From: Opitutales bacterium
GTDB taxonomy: Bacteria > Verrucomicrobiota > Verrucomicrobiia > Opitutales > JBHJGM01
Length of the DNA stretch: 64,000 nucleotides
Assembly (NCBI GenBank): GCA_050331595.1
Contig: JBHJGQ010000012.1
Location: 24,112-88,111, forward strand
Reading direction: 5' to 3'
The notes beneath the pieces were generated by a model. The model searched no databases. It was given only the letters and a program-made list of their open reading frames with translations, and was not told the DNA's origin. Shown here piece after piece: positions 49,557 to 58,326 of this stretch. Each line of letters opens with the position of its first letter. Within the stretch, counting starts at the first letter, position 1. The position numbers and the translations under genes are program-made.

Positions 49557-50158
49557 CAGCGGAAATCGCTGCCCAGCTTCTCCCGAAGGCTTTCGCGAGC
49601 GCGGGCGATGCGGCTTTTCACCGTGCCAACGCTCAGGTTCAATTTCACCGAGATTTCCTCGTAACTGAGGCTCTTCACGTTACGCAGGATCAGGATTTCG
49701 CGGTGTTTTTCGCTCAGAAAATCCATGCAGCTGTCCACCTGCTCGACGAATTCCTGGGTCAGGTAGGCATCGCCGGGGTCTTCACCCTCGGCTGGCAGCA
49801 CATCGCCCAGGGTCATCTCGCCGTCTTCGACGAGATTCTGGTCGATGGAGAAGGATGAACCACGCTTGCGGCGCCACCAGTACCAATAGCGATTGTGCGA
49901 GAGGTTGGTGGCGATTTGGTAGAGCCAGGTCGAGAAGGATGAATCTCCCCGGAAATTCTCCAAACCTTTCTGCGCGCGCAGAAAAGTGTCCTGGGTGACC
50001 TCCTCGGCATCTTCGCGGTTTTGGAGCAGCTGGTAGGCCCGGCTGAAAATGCGATCCCAATAACGAGTGACGATCTGCTCAAATGCAGCATCGTCCCCGG
50101 ACTGATAGCGGTGGACAAGCGCCTGATCGGCGATGGCCTGTTCGGACTTCGCGAGCAT
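49556..50158 (-). CDS. ECF sigma-70 factor
   Basis: DAEEVTQDTF, FRGDSSFSTWLYQIATN, LSYEEIS..L..GTVKSRIARAR. Confidence 0.94.
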   Translation of the reverse strand: MLAKSEQAIADQALVHRYQSGDDAAFEQIVTRYWDRIFSRAYQLLQNREDAEEVTQDTFLRAQKGLENFRGDSSFSTWLYQIATNLSHNRYWYWWRRKRGSSFSIDQNLVEDGEMTLGDVLPAEGEDPGDAYLTQEFVEQVDSCMDFLSEKHREILILRNVKSLSYEEISVKLNLSVGTVKSRIARARESLREKLGSDFR

Positions 50159-50243
50159 AGGTTTCAAGGGTGCGCCTTTTGAGAGCCTTCGTTGTGACGG
50201 AAGTTCCGGCAAAAGGCAATTATTGTTGAGTTTACGAAATGAA

Positions 50244-50257
50244 CGTTCGTTTGAACG
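50244..50257. promoter_or_regulatory. palindromic operator CGTTC-N4-GAACG upstream of the ECF sigma gene
   Basis: Perfect 5-bp arms in an AT-rich intergenic region. Confidence 0.35.
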
Positions 50258-50522
50258 TCAATACGGGCAAACCGCCAATTTCTTAGAAAGTTTCAGTAGC
50301 CTGCCCTCGTGGCAAAGAGCGCAGACTTGAAGGTGTATCACTTTCGGCCCCGATTTGCCTAATTTGCCACTGGATGGGCCGTTTCGAAAACGGCATCAAG
50401 TACGTCGGATGTACCCATACCGACACTAGAGGAAGGTCTCGCCTGCCCCCTTGACCTTGCTCTGATTTTTTCCTAATCAGTTTAACTTTGCAAAGGTCTG
50501 TTCAAGGCTGGGCAGTCACCTT

Positions 50523-50598
50523 GGGTCGATAGCTCAATCGGTAGAGCAGTGGCCTTTTAAGCCATTGGTTCTGGGTTCGAGTCCCAGTCGGCCTACCA
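50523..50598 (+). tRNA. tRNA-Lys(TTT)
   Basis: GGGTCGA acceptor, TAGCTCAATCGGTAGAGC D-arm, GTGGC-CTTTTAA-GCCAT anticodon arm, GGTTCGAGTCC T-arm, encoded CCA. Confidence 0.96.
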
Positions 50599-50619
50599 TC
50601 TTGACTGGGTGGAAGCGGG

Positions 50620-50750
50620 TGCTTGGGCCCCCTGAAACTGGTCCATTGCCGATGAGATGGTTTTCCGGCAAAAGCAGGAGAATCATCGACATGAAAAGAG
50701 CCGACACACGACCGAACAGATCATCCGCATATTGCGGGAAGCCGAAACGA
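50620..50750 (+). mobile_element. IS3-family left end with frameshifted, truncated OrfA remnant
   Basis: TG..GCCCCCTGAAACTGGTCCA IR-like end; AGGAG RBS; ATG 50691 is one base out of frame with KSRHTTEQIIRILREAE, a typical IS3 OrfA N-terminus. Confidence 0.7.
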
Positions 50751-51059
50751 GCGCGCAGAGGACCCAGCCGGGACCGCGAAGTTGGCCACGTCCAGCGAGG
50801 CGACGAAATCAAATTGTTGGACCGGGAACTGGTCGAAAGTCAGGAAAACCCCGTCGCCAAACCCCCCGCTAGTGTCATAGTCGAGGAAGTTCACGCCACC
50901 GCCGAGCGAACCGATCGTAAAGGTGTCTGTGCCGATCGGTGCCGGGGCGAAGAAATTGTCGGAGAGGGAGCCGTCGAACGTATCGAGGACGCTGATCTGC
51001 GCAAAGGCAGAGGAGGTGGCCAAAGCCGCCACCACGGTTGGGATGAGGGTGACTTTCAT
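50721..51059 (-). pseudogene. secreted protein, probably truncated where it meets the IS3 remnant
   Basis: Signal peptide MKVTLIPTVVAALATSSAFA-Q, beta-rich mature part; the 3' end runs into the IS sequence. Confidence 0.5.
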
Positions 51060-51094
51060 TGGGATCTTGTGCTTAGGATGTGTCCTGAGGATGC

Positions 51095-51207
51095 TTTAAA
51101 ATTTTAAATGCGGCAAGGGTAACTCGTCGATGACGTGTCAACAACTTCCGTGCCTTATGCGACCTCAGGCAAAACATTAGCGCTGCTTGTTTAAAATATT
51201 GTACAAA
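51095..51207. promoter_or_regulatory. two AT-rich palindromes in the divergent promoter of the XRE-cupin regulator
   Basis: TTTAAAATTTTAAA (51095-51108, perfect) and TTGTTTAAAATATTGTACAA (about 51187-51206, imperfect). Confidence 0.45.
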
Positions 51208-51305
51208 ATCGACCAGGTCGCGGAATTCAGAAACTGCCGGTGGGCGAAGGTGCTTTAATTTGCGCAGAACTCGGCTAAGCTGAGGCGTTTTTGGGACATC
51301 CTGAC

Positions 51306-51863
51306 ATGGAAATTGGCGCCGAGTTGAAAGTATTACGTAAAGCGCGCGGGCTGTCCCTGCGCGCCCTCTCGGAGCGCTCGGGGGTCACCGTGGGTGCGCT
51401 TTCGCAGATCGAGAACAACAATTCGTCCCCCTCGGTGGGCACCCTTCGTCGCATTTTGGCGGCGCTGGACTCCAGCATGGGTGAGTTTTTCTCGGCGGTG
51501 GAAACTGGCGGGGGCTCGGGCAATGGCGGCGTGGTTTACCGCAAGCACGAGCTGATGCGGGTATCGGCCAACAACGGCCTGAATCTCTTTACGTTGCCGC
51601 AGGGCGAGGAACTGCGCGCCATCCAGATGATTCACGAGACCTACGAGCCGGGAGCCGACACGGGGCCGGAGCTCTACACGCATGACGGGGAGGAATGCGG
51701 CTACTGCATCGAAGGAACCATCGAGCTGACGGTGGACGGGCGCGTCGAACTGCTCTCGGCCGGCGACAGCTATTACTTCAAGTCCACGCAGCCGCATCGC
51801 TTCCGCAACGTGGGCCAAAAGAAAGCCATCGTACTCTCGGCCTGCACCCCGCCGACGTTTTGA
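51306..51863 (+). CDS. XRE-HTH + cupin transcriptional regulator (PuuR-like)
   Basis: LRKARGLSLRALSERSGV...LSQIENN..SPSV; YEPGADTG..HDGEE..YFKSTQPHRFRN..SACTPPTF. Confidence 0.9.
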   Translation: MEIGAELKVLRKARGLSLRALSERSGVTVGALSQIENNNSSPSVGTLRRILAALDSSMGEFFSAVETGGGSGNGGVVYRKHELMRVSANNGLNLFTLPQGEELRAIQMIHETYEPGADTGPELYTHDGEECGYCIEGTIELTVDGRVELLSAGDSYYFKSTQPHRFRNVGQKKAIVLSACTPPTF

Positions 51864-52033
51864 CACTACGACCAGTCGCTCGCTCGCGGAGACACTGGGG
51901 GCGGTCGTGCGTGATTTGACTGACCCAAACAACCCACCGGCTTTGCGTGGACCGACAGGACACTGGCGCCGTAACGGTGCGAGCTGAATTGCGCGCTTGA
52001 GTCGAGGCAACGCGCCGGGCGATAGTCCGGGCT

Positions 52034-53863
52034 TTGTCGGAAGACCCCCACAGAGAATTAACCGTCCGTGCGATTGCCACGGGATTCGTCCTGGGTGCGC
52101 TGCTGGTGCCGTGCAACGTCTACAGCGGGCTGAAGATCGGCTGGTCCTTCAACATGTCGGTGGCGGCGGCGTTGTTGAGCTACGCTTTTTGGAATGGGCT
52201 GGCGCGGGTCGGCTGGGCCCGCCCGATTGGCCTGCTCGAAAACAACATCAACCAGACGGCAGCCTCGTCCTCGGCCTCCATCATTTCCGCCGGGCTGGTC
52301 GCGCCCATCCCCGCGCTGACGCTGCTGACCGGCCAGGAACTGGCCTACCCCGTTCTGGCCATCTGGGTCTTTGCGGTGAGTTTCACGGGGATCATCGTCG
52401 CGCTGGGCGTGCGGCGGCAAATGCTCCTGCGCGAGGGCCTGCCCTTTCCCAGCGGCGTGGCGACGGCGGAAACCATTCGCGAGATTTACGCCACCGGCAA
52501 GGAAGCCGCCTACCGCGTGCGGCTCCTGCTGGGCGCGGCCATCGCCGCGGCCGTGACGAAAATCACGGTGGGCGCCTTCAATGTCGGCAGCCTGGCCTTG
52601 CCGGGCGTACCGGGGCTGGCGGCTCCGGCCAACCTTGCAGCCAAGGGGATCTCCACCATCAGCTTGCAGAACCTGGGGCTCACGCTCAACCCGTCGCTCT
52701 TGATGCTGGGCTTTGGTATGATCGTGGGCTCGCGCGTGGGCGTGTCTTTGCTGTTGGGAGCCCTGCTTGCCTGGCTGATTTTGCCCGCTCCCCTGCTGGA
52801 GGCAGGCTGGGCGTTGCCCGGTTCGAGTGATCCGACGGCGTCCTGGTACCTTGTTCTGCTGGAGTGGCTGCTGTGGCCGGGCGTGGTGCTGATGACGGCG
52901 GCTTCGCTGACGTCCTTCGGCCTCTCCCTGGTCAAGATGGCGCGCGTTCGCTTCTCAAAAGGCGAGGACTCGGGGCGGACTGAAGCGGCGGACGATGACG
53001 GCCCGCGTCGCAGCAATTACGTGCCGCGTTCCTGGTTTCGCGCGGGTTTGGTGCTGGCGCTGATCCTGGCGACGGTGGCGCAGATGGTCATCTTCGACAT
53101 ACGCCTGGACCTGGCGTTGGGCGCGTTCGCCTTGACCTTCGTGCTGGCGATTGTGGCGGCGCGCGTTTCGGGGGAGACGGGCATCGCGCCGATTGGGGCT
53201 CTGGGCAAGATCACGCAAGTGAGCTTTGGGGTGCTCTCGCCGGGCAACCAGACCGTCAACCTGATGGCGGCGAACGTGACCGGTGGCGCGGCGGGTCAGT
53301 GCTCGGACTTGCTGCATGATTTGAAAACGGGCCTGCTGATTCGCGCGACGCTGCGCTACCAGGCGATCGCCCAGGTCTTTGGCGTGCTCTCGGGCTCACT
53401 GGCAGGCACGGCGGCATACCTGCTCATTGCCGATGATCTGCCCGCCATGCTGGCCTCCGATGACTGGGCCATGCCCGCGGTCTTAACTTGGAAAGCGGTG
53501 GCCGAGGCGATGGCGCGGCTGACCGACGGCGGGCTCGATGCTCTGGGCCAGGTCCTGCCGACGGGAACGGGCCTGGCGGTGAGTCTCGCGGCGGGCATGG
53601 GCGTGTTGCTGGCTGTTGCCGAAAAGCTGGTGCCGGAGTACCGCCGTAAGTACGTGCCCAGCGCCAGTAGCCTGGGCTTTGCCTTCATCATCCCGGCAGA
53701 CATTTCTATCGCGCTGTTTTTGGGCGCGATGATCGGCGAGGTCGTGCGCCTGTTCAACGCGCAGTGGAAGCGCAAATACCTGGTGGTGGTCGCCGCCGGT
53801 TTGGTGGCGGGGGAAAGTCTCACCGGTGTCGGTGAATCCATCCTCAAGATTGTCTTCGCCTGA
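52034..53863 (+). CDS. OPT family oligopeptide transporter
   Basis: ELTVRA, NVYSGLKIG, ENNINQTAAS, LPFPSGVATAE, GETGIAP, DLLHDLKTG, AAGLVAGESL. Confidence 0.93.
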   Translation: MSEDPHRELTVRAIATGFVLGALLVPCNVYSGLKIGWSFNMSVAAALLSYAFWNGLARVGWARPIGLLENNINQTAASSSASIISAGLVAPIPALTLLTGQELAYPVLAIWVFAVSFTGIIVALGVRRQMLLREGLPFPSGVATAETIREIYATGKEAAYRVRLLLGAAIAAAVTKITVGAFNVGSLALPGVPGLAAPANLAAKGISTISLQNLGLTLNPSLLMLGFGMIVGSRVGVSLLLGALLAWLILPAPLLEAGWALPGSSDPTASWYLVLLEWLLWPGVVLMTAASLTSFGLSLVKMARVRFSKGEDSGRTEAADDDGPRRSNYVPRSWFRAGLVLALILATVAQMVIFDIRLDLALGAFALTFVLAIVAARVSGETGIAPIGALGKITQVSFGVLSPGNQTVNLMAANVTGGAAGQCSDLLHDLKTGLLIRATLRYQAIAQVFGVLSGSLAGTAAYLLIADDLPAMLASDDWAMPAVLTWKAVAEAMARLTDGGLDALGQVLPTGTGLAVSLAAGMGVLLAVAEKLVPEYRRKYVPSASSLGFAFIIPADISIALFLGAMIGEVVRLFNAQWKRKYLVVVAAGLVAGESLTGVGESILKIVFA

Positions 53864-53880
53864 GGTCCCTTGAACGACCC

Positions 53881-54819
53881 ATGCACGCCTATCGCCAACC
53901 CGAGGACCGCTACTGCTACACGCTCTGGCAAGCCCACGCGCCCATCGCGGCGGTGACGCCCGGCGAAGTCTTTCGCGTGCACACCATCGACGCCTTCCAC
54001 GACGCACTGGAAGCGGACACCGACCTGCCTTCCGAGCACACGCCGGGCTACCCTTACGTCAATCCGCTGACGGGTCCGTTTCAAGTGACGGGCGCGCGTG
54101 CTGGCGACACGCTGGAGGTGACGATTCACGAGGTTGTGCCCGCTCGTGAGTTCGCGGTGACGGCTCTAGTAAAGGACTTTGGCGCGCTGACGCGCACACC
54201 TGCCACCGCCCTCCTGCATGAGCCTCTGCCCGAGCGCACACGGATTTTGCCGATTCGTGAGGGACGCGTGCACTTCAACCAGCAACTGAGCTGCCCGCTG
54301 AAACCGTTCATTGGTACCCTCGGCGTGGCGACAGCGCTGGAGGCGGTCTCCAGCCTGAGGCCCGGGGTGTGGGGCGGCAATCTGGACTGTCCTGTGCTGG
54401 CACCCGGGGCGAGGGTGAGGCTGCCCGTTTTTGTCGATGGCGCACGGCTCTTCGTGGGCGATGCCCATGCCTGTCAGGGCGAGGGCGAACTCTCGGGCGT
54501 CGCGGCGGAAATGCCCGCCGTGCTGACCTTGAGCGTGCAGATTCGCAGGGGTGAGACGACAGCGACCCCACGCGTGCTTGACGCCACGCACCTGCACAGC
54601 CTTGGTTGCGCGCGACCCTTGGAAGATGCCGCCCGCATTGCCGCGCACGACTTGACGCATTGGCTGGCCACGGACTACGCGATGGATAAGCTCGATGCTT
54701 ACATGTGGCTGGGTTTGTGCGGTGAACTGCGGGCGGGCAATCTCGTCGACCCCAATTACACCATGATGGCTTCCATTCAACGCGATCTCCTGCCGGGAGG
54801 TTCCAACCCAGCCCTCTAA
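53881..54819 (+). CDS. acetamidase/formamidase family protein (FmdA/AmdA)
   Basis: NPLTGP..V.GA..GD.L, PFIG, GGNLD, LPVFVDGA..VGD.HACQGEGE. Confidence 0.9.
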   Translation: MHAYRQPEDRYCYTLWQAHAPIAAVTPGEVFRVHTIDAFHDALEADTDLPSEHTPGYPYVNPLTGPFQVTGARAGDTLEVTIHEVVPAREFAVTALVKDFGALTRTPATALLHEPLPERTRILPIREGRVHFNQQLSCPLKPFIGTLGVATALEAVSSLRPGVWGGNLDCPVLAPGARVRLPVFVDGARLFVGDAHACQGEGELSGVAAEMPAVLTLSVQIRRGETTATPRVLDATHLHSLGCARPLEDAARIAAHDLTHWLATDYAMDKLDAYMWLGLCGELRAGNLVDPNYTMMASIQRDLLPGGSNPAL

Positions 54820-54841
54820 CAGAGCCCGTTCTAAACAACCT

Positions 54842-56614
54842 ATGTGTGGAATTTGCGGAGAAGTTTCTTTGAACGGCACCGAAGCCAGCCTGGAGCGCGT
54901 CGAGCGTATGGCCGACTCGATGCAACCCCGCGGTCCGGACGCGCGGGGCGCCGTCCTGCGCGGTCAAACGGCCCTGGGCCACCGGCGGCTGAAGATCATC
55001 GATCTGACGGAGGCCTCGCAGCAACCCATGGTCGACTCCGAGCTGGGCCTGAGCATCGTCTACAACGGCGCCATCTACAACTACCCCGAGCTGCGGCAGG
55101 AGCTGGAGGGCAAGGGCTACCGGTTTTTCAGCAAGGGCGACACCGAGGTGATCCTGAAGGCCTATCACGCCTGGGGCCTGGACGGGGTGCAACGGCTCAA
55201 CGGCATGTTCGCCTTTGCCATCACCGAGCGCGACTCAGGGCGGCTCGTGCTGGCTCGCGACCGTCTCGGGATCAAGCCGCTGTACTACAGCCAGACAGCG
55301 GACAGTTTTCGCTTTGCCTCGTCGCTGCCGGCCTTGCTCAAGAGTGGCGGCGTCGATACGTCCATCGATCCGGTCGCACTGAATTACTACATGAGTTTTC
55401 ACGCGGTGGTGCCCGCGCCGCATACGATGGTGCAGGGCATTCGCAAACTGCCACCGGCGCACGTCGCCGTGCTGGAGCCCGACGGCGCGCTCAAGCTTGA
55501 GCGTTACTGGACGCTGCATTTCGGCACCCCCAGCGAGCGAGCCGCTTTCACCGAAGCCGATTGGGTCGAGGCGACGCTGGAGGTGCTCCGGCGCTCGGTG
55601 AAGCGTCGCCTGATTGCCGATGTGCCGGTGGGCGTACTGCTCTCGGGCGGCCTCGATTCGAGTCTTATCGTGGGGTTGCTGTGCGAACAGGGCGCGACCG
55701 GCCTGGAAACCTTTTCAATTGGCTTTGAGACCGTGGGCGAAGAAGCGGGCGATGAGTTCCAGTACTCCGACATCATCGCCGAGCATTTCGCCACCAGTCA
55801 TCACAAGCTGCCAATCGACTCCACGAACACGCTTTCGGCGGTCAAGGAGTGCATCGGGCATATGTCCGAGCCGATGGTCAGCCACGACAACGTGGGCTTC
55901 TACCTGCTCTCGAAGGAGGTGGCACGTTTTGTGAAAGTGGTGCAGAGCGGTCAGGGGGCCGACGAGATTTTTGGCGGCTACCACTGGTACCCGCCGATGC
56001 TGACCAGCCAGGCACCGCTGGAAGATTATGCCCGGTACTTTTTCGATCGCGACTTTGCCGAGTATCAGGAAGCAGTCGCCGCTCAATACGTGCGTGAGGA
56101 TTTTGCCCGGCAGTTTGTGCAGACGCATTTCGACGAGCCCGGCGCGGACCAGGCGATCGACAAAGCCCTGCGCATCGACAGCCTGATCATGCTGGTGGAC
56201 GATCCGGTGAAACGCGTGGACAACAACACCATGGCGGCCAGCCTGGAAGCGCGCGTGCCGTTTCTCGATCATGAGGTGGTCGAGTTTGCCGCGCAGGTGC
56301 CGGCGGCGCTGAAAATCGAAGGCGACGGCAAGCACATCCTCAAGGAAGCCGCTCGCAAAGTCATTCCTCATGCCGTCATTGATCGTCCCAAGGGCTACTT
56401 TCCCGTGCCCGCGCTCAAATACCTGCGCGGCGAGTTTCTGGACATGGCCCGCGACGCCGTTACCAACCCGGCCGCCCGCCAGCGCGGGCTCTTCAACACC
56501 CCCCATCTGGAAAAGCTCCTGGCCGACCCGGAGGCTCACATCACGCCTTTGCGCGGGTCCAAGCTCTGGCAGGTTGCCCTGCTGGAGCTGTGGCTGCAAA
56601 CACACGGCATCTAA
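54842..56614 (+). CDS. asnO: N-acetylglutaminylglutamine amidotransferase (asparagine synthase-like)
   Basis: MCGICG Ntn start, GHRRLKIIDL, LLSGGLDSS, VVQSGQGADE, LVDDPVKRVDN; upstream of ngg. Confidence 0.92.
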   Translation: MCGICGEVSLNGTEASLERVERMADSMQPRGPDARGAVLRGQTALGHRRLKIIDLTEASQQPMVDSELGLSIVYNGAIYNYPELRQELEGKGYRFFSKGDTEVILKAYHAWGLDGVQRLNGMFAFAITERDSGRLVLARDRLGIKPLYYSQTADSFRFASSLPALLKSGGVDTSIDPVALNYYMSFHAVVPAPHTMVQGIRKLPPAHVAVLEPDGALKLERYWTLHFGTPSERAAFTEADWVEATLEVLRRSVKRRLIADVPVGVLLSGGLDSSLIVGLLCEQGATGLETFSIGFETVGEEAGDEFQYSDIIAEHFATSHHKLPIDSTNTLSAVKECIGHMSEPMVSHDNVGFYLLSKEVARFVKVVQSGQGADEIFGGYHWYPPMLTSQAPLEDYARYFFDRDFAEYQEAVAAQYVREDFARQFVQTHFDEPGADQAIDKALRIDSLIMLVDDPVKRVDNNTMAASLEARVPFLDHEVVEFAAQVPAALKIEGDGKHILKEAARKVIPHAVIDRPKGYFPVPALKYLRGEFLDMARDAVTNPAARQRGLFNTPHLEKLLADPEAHITPLRGSKLWQVALLELWLQTHGI

Positions 56615-56626
56615 CCGACCAAGTAC

Positions 56627-58309
56627 ATGAGCACCGACCAAGCTAACGGGAAGACCGAGCAAACCAAGGACGGCGGGGTGTGCCTGCACTGCGGTTGGGG
56701 GCGGCTGATTTTTGCGCACACCTTTCCGAGTCCGGAATCAGTCGCGAAGGCAGTCCTGGAAGAGACGCCGGGTGAACGCGACATCGCCTTTTACCTCAAC
56801 GACCCGCACCTGGTCCTCAACATCGCGCCGCAGAGGCTTTTTCTCGACCCGTCCAACACCTACCGGCTGCCCTTCGAAAGCTACCAGCCCAGCCAGCGCG
56901 AGCACTGTGGTTTCGTCATCGAAGCGCTCAAGCACAAGGAACAGATCGACGAGGTTAACCGCATCTACAAGAGCAACCGGATGGTGCCAGTGGACCTGGA
57001 GCGCGTCTGGAAGGACCGCGACAACGGCACCTTCCTGTACCTGCTGGCGCGGCGAAAGGACGCCGAAGACGTACTGGGTGTAGCCATGGGGGTCGACCAC
57101 AAGGCGTGCTTTGAGGACATCATGAACGGCTGCAGCCTCTGGGCCCTGGCGGTCGACCCGCAGGCCGAGTTGCCCGGCATTGGCGAGGGCCTGGTACGCG
57201 CCTTGATCGAGCACTACCGCGATCTGGGTCGAGCGACCCTGGATCTCTCCGTCCTGCACGACAACGAGTCGGCCATTCGCCTGTACACGAAAATCGGTTT
57301 CGAGAAGGTGGGCGTCTTCGCGGTCAAATGCCGCAACCCGATCAACGAACAGCTCTTTTTGGGTGACCCGGTCGACAGCGACTACAACCCCTACGCCGCC
57401 ATCATCATCAAGGAGGCGCTCCGGCGTGGCATCGCGGTTGACCCGCTCGATCCGCCCCGCGGTTACTTCGCGCTGGACCTGGGCGGTCGCTCAATCACCT
57501 GCCGGGAGTCGCTCACGGAGCTGACCACGGCCATCGCGCTGAGCCGCTGTGACGACAAGGAAGTCACGCGCGGCATCCTGGTGAAGGCCGGCTTGAAAAC
57601 TCCCGAGCAGCAGACCGCCGGCAATCGCGAGGAAGACCTGCGCTTTTTGGAGCAGCATCGCAGCGTGGTCGTCAAGCCCGCGCGGGGTGAACAGGGTCAC
57701 GGTGTCTTTGTCGATTTGCGGACGGCCGAGCAGGTGACCGAAGCAGTTGACCTGTTGCGCGAGGCCGACGAAACGCCGCTCATCGAGCAGTACGTGGCCG
57801 GGGCGGATCTGCGCATCATCGTGATCAACAAGGAGGTGGTGGCCGCCGCCGTGCGCAAGCCCGCCGAAATCGTGGGCACGGGCCAGCACACCGTGCGCGA
57901 GTTGATCGAGAGCCTCAGCCGGCGTCGCAGCAACGCCACCCGCGGCGAAAGCAACATCCCCCTGGATGCGGAAACCGAGCGCTGCGTGCGTGCCCATGGC
58001 GTCGAGATGGACACCGTGCTGGACGAAGGTAAACGCCTGTCCGTGCGCAAGACGGCCAACCTCCACACCGGGGGCACGATTCACGATGTGACCGAGCAGT
58101 TGCACCCGCAACTGGGCAAGGCGGCGGTCCGGGCCGCCGAGGCGATCGGCATCCCCGTCGCCGGCCTCGACCTGATTGTGCCCGATGTCGGTGGGCCGGA
58201 CTACGTCATTATCGAGGTCAACGAACGCCCCGGTCTGGCCAATCACGAACCGCAGCCCACCGCCGAAAAACTGATCGACTTTCTCTTTCCGCAGTCCGTG
58301 GGATCCTGA
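56627..58309 (+). CDS. ngg: N-acetylglutaminylglutamine synthetase (GNAT + cyanophycin-synthetase-like ATP-grasp)
   Basis: CGWGRLIFAHTF, GERDIAFY, SLWALAVDPQ, DLSVLHDN, VVKPARGEQG, TANLHTGG, IEVNERPGLANHEPQPTAE. Confidence 0.93.
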   Translation: MSTDQANGKTEQTKDGGVCLHCGWGRLIFAHTFPSPESVAKAVLEETPGERDIAFYLNDPHLVLNIAPQRLFLDPSNTYRLPFESYQPSQREHCGFVIEALKHKEQIDEVNRIYKSNRMVPVDLERVWKDRDNGTFLYLLARRKDAEDVLGVAMGVDHKACFEDIMNGCSLWALAVDPQAELPGIGEGLVRALIEHYRDLGRATLDLSVLHDNESAIRLYTKIGFEKVGVFAVKCRNPINEQLFLGDPVDSDYNPYAAIIIKEALRRGIAVDPLDPPRGYFALDLGGRSITCRESLTELTTAIALSRCDDKEVTRGILVKAGLKTPEQQTAGNREEDLRFLEQHRSVVVKPARGEQGHGVFVDLRTAEQVTEAVDLLREADETPLIEQYVAGADLRIIVINKEVVAAAVRKPAEIVGTGQHTVRELIESLSRRRSNATRGESNIPLDAETERCVRAHGVEMDTVLDEGKRLSVRKTANLHTGGTIHDVTEQLHPQLGKAAVRAAEAIGIPVAGLDLIVPDVGGPDYVIIEVNERPGLANHEPQPTAEKLIDFLFPQSVGS

Positions 58310-58326
58310 GTCCCGTAATCTCCCTC

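Noticed and set aside
56627..58309. Cyanophycin synthetase
   Set aside because: Has an N-terminal GNAT domain, lacks the Mur-ligase half, and sits between the amidotransferase and M42 peptidase as in the NAGGN cassette
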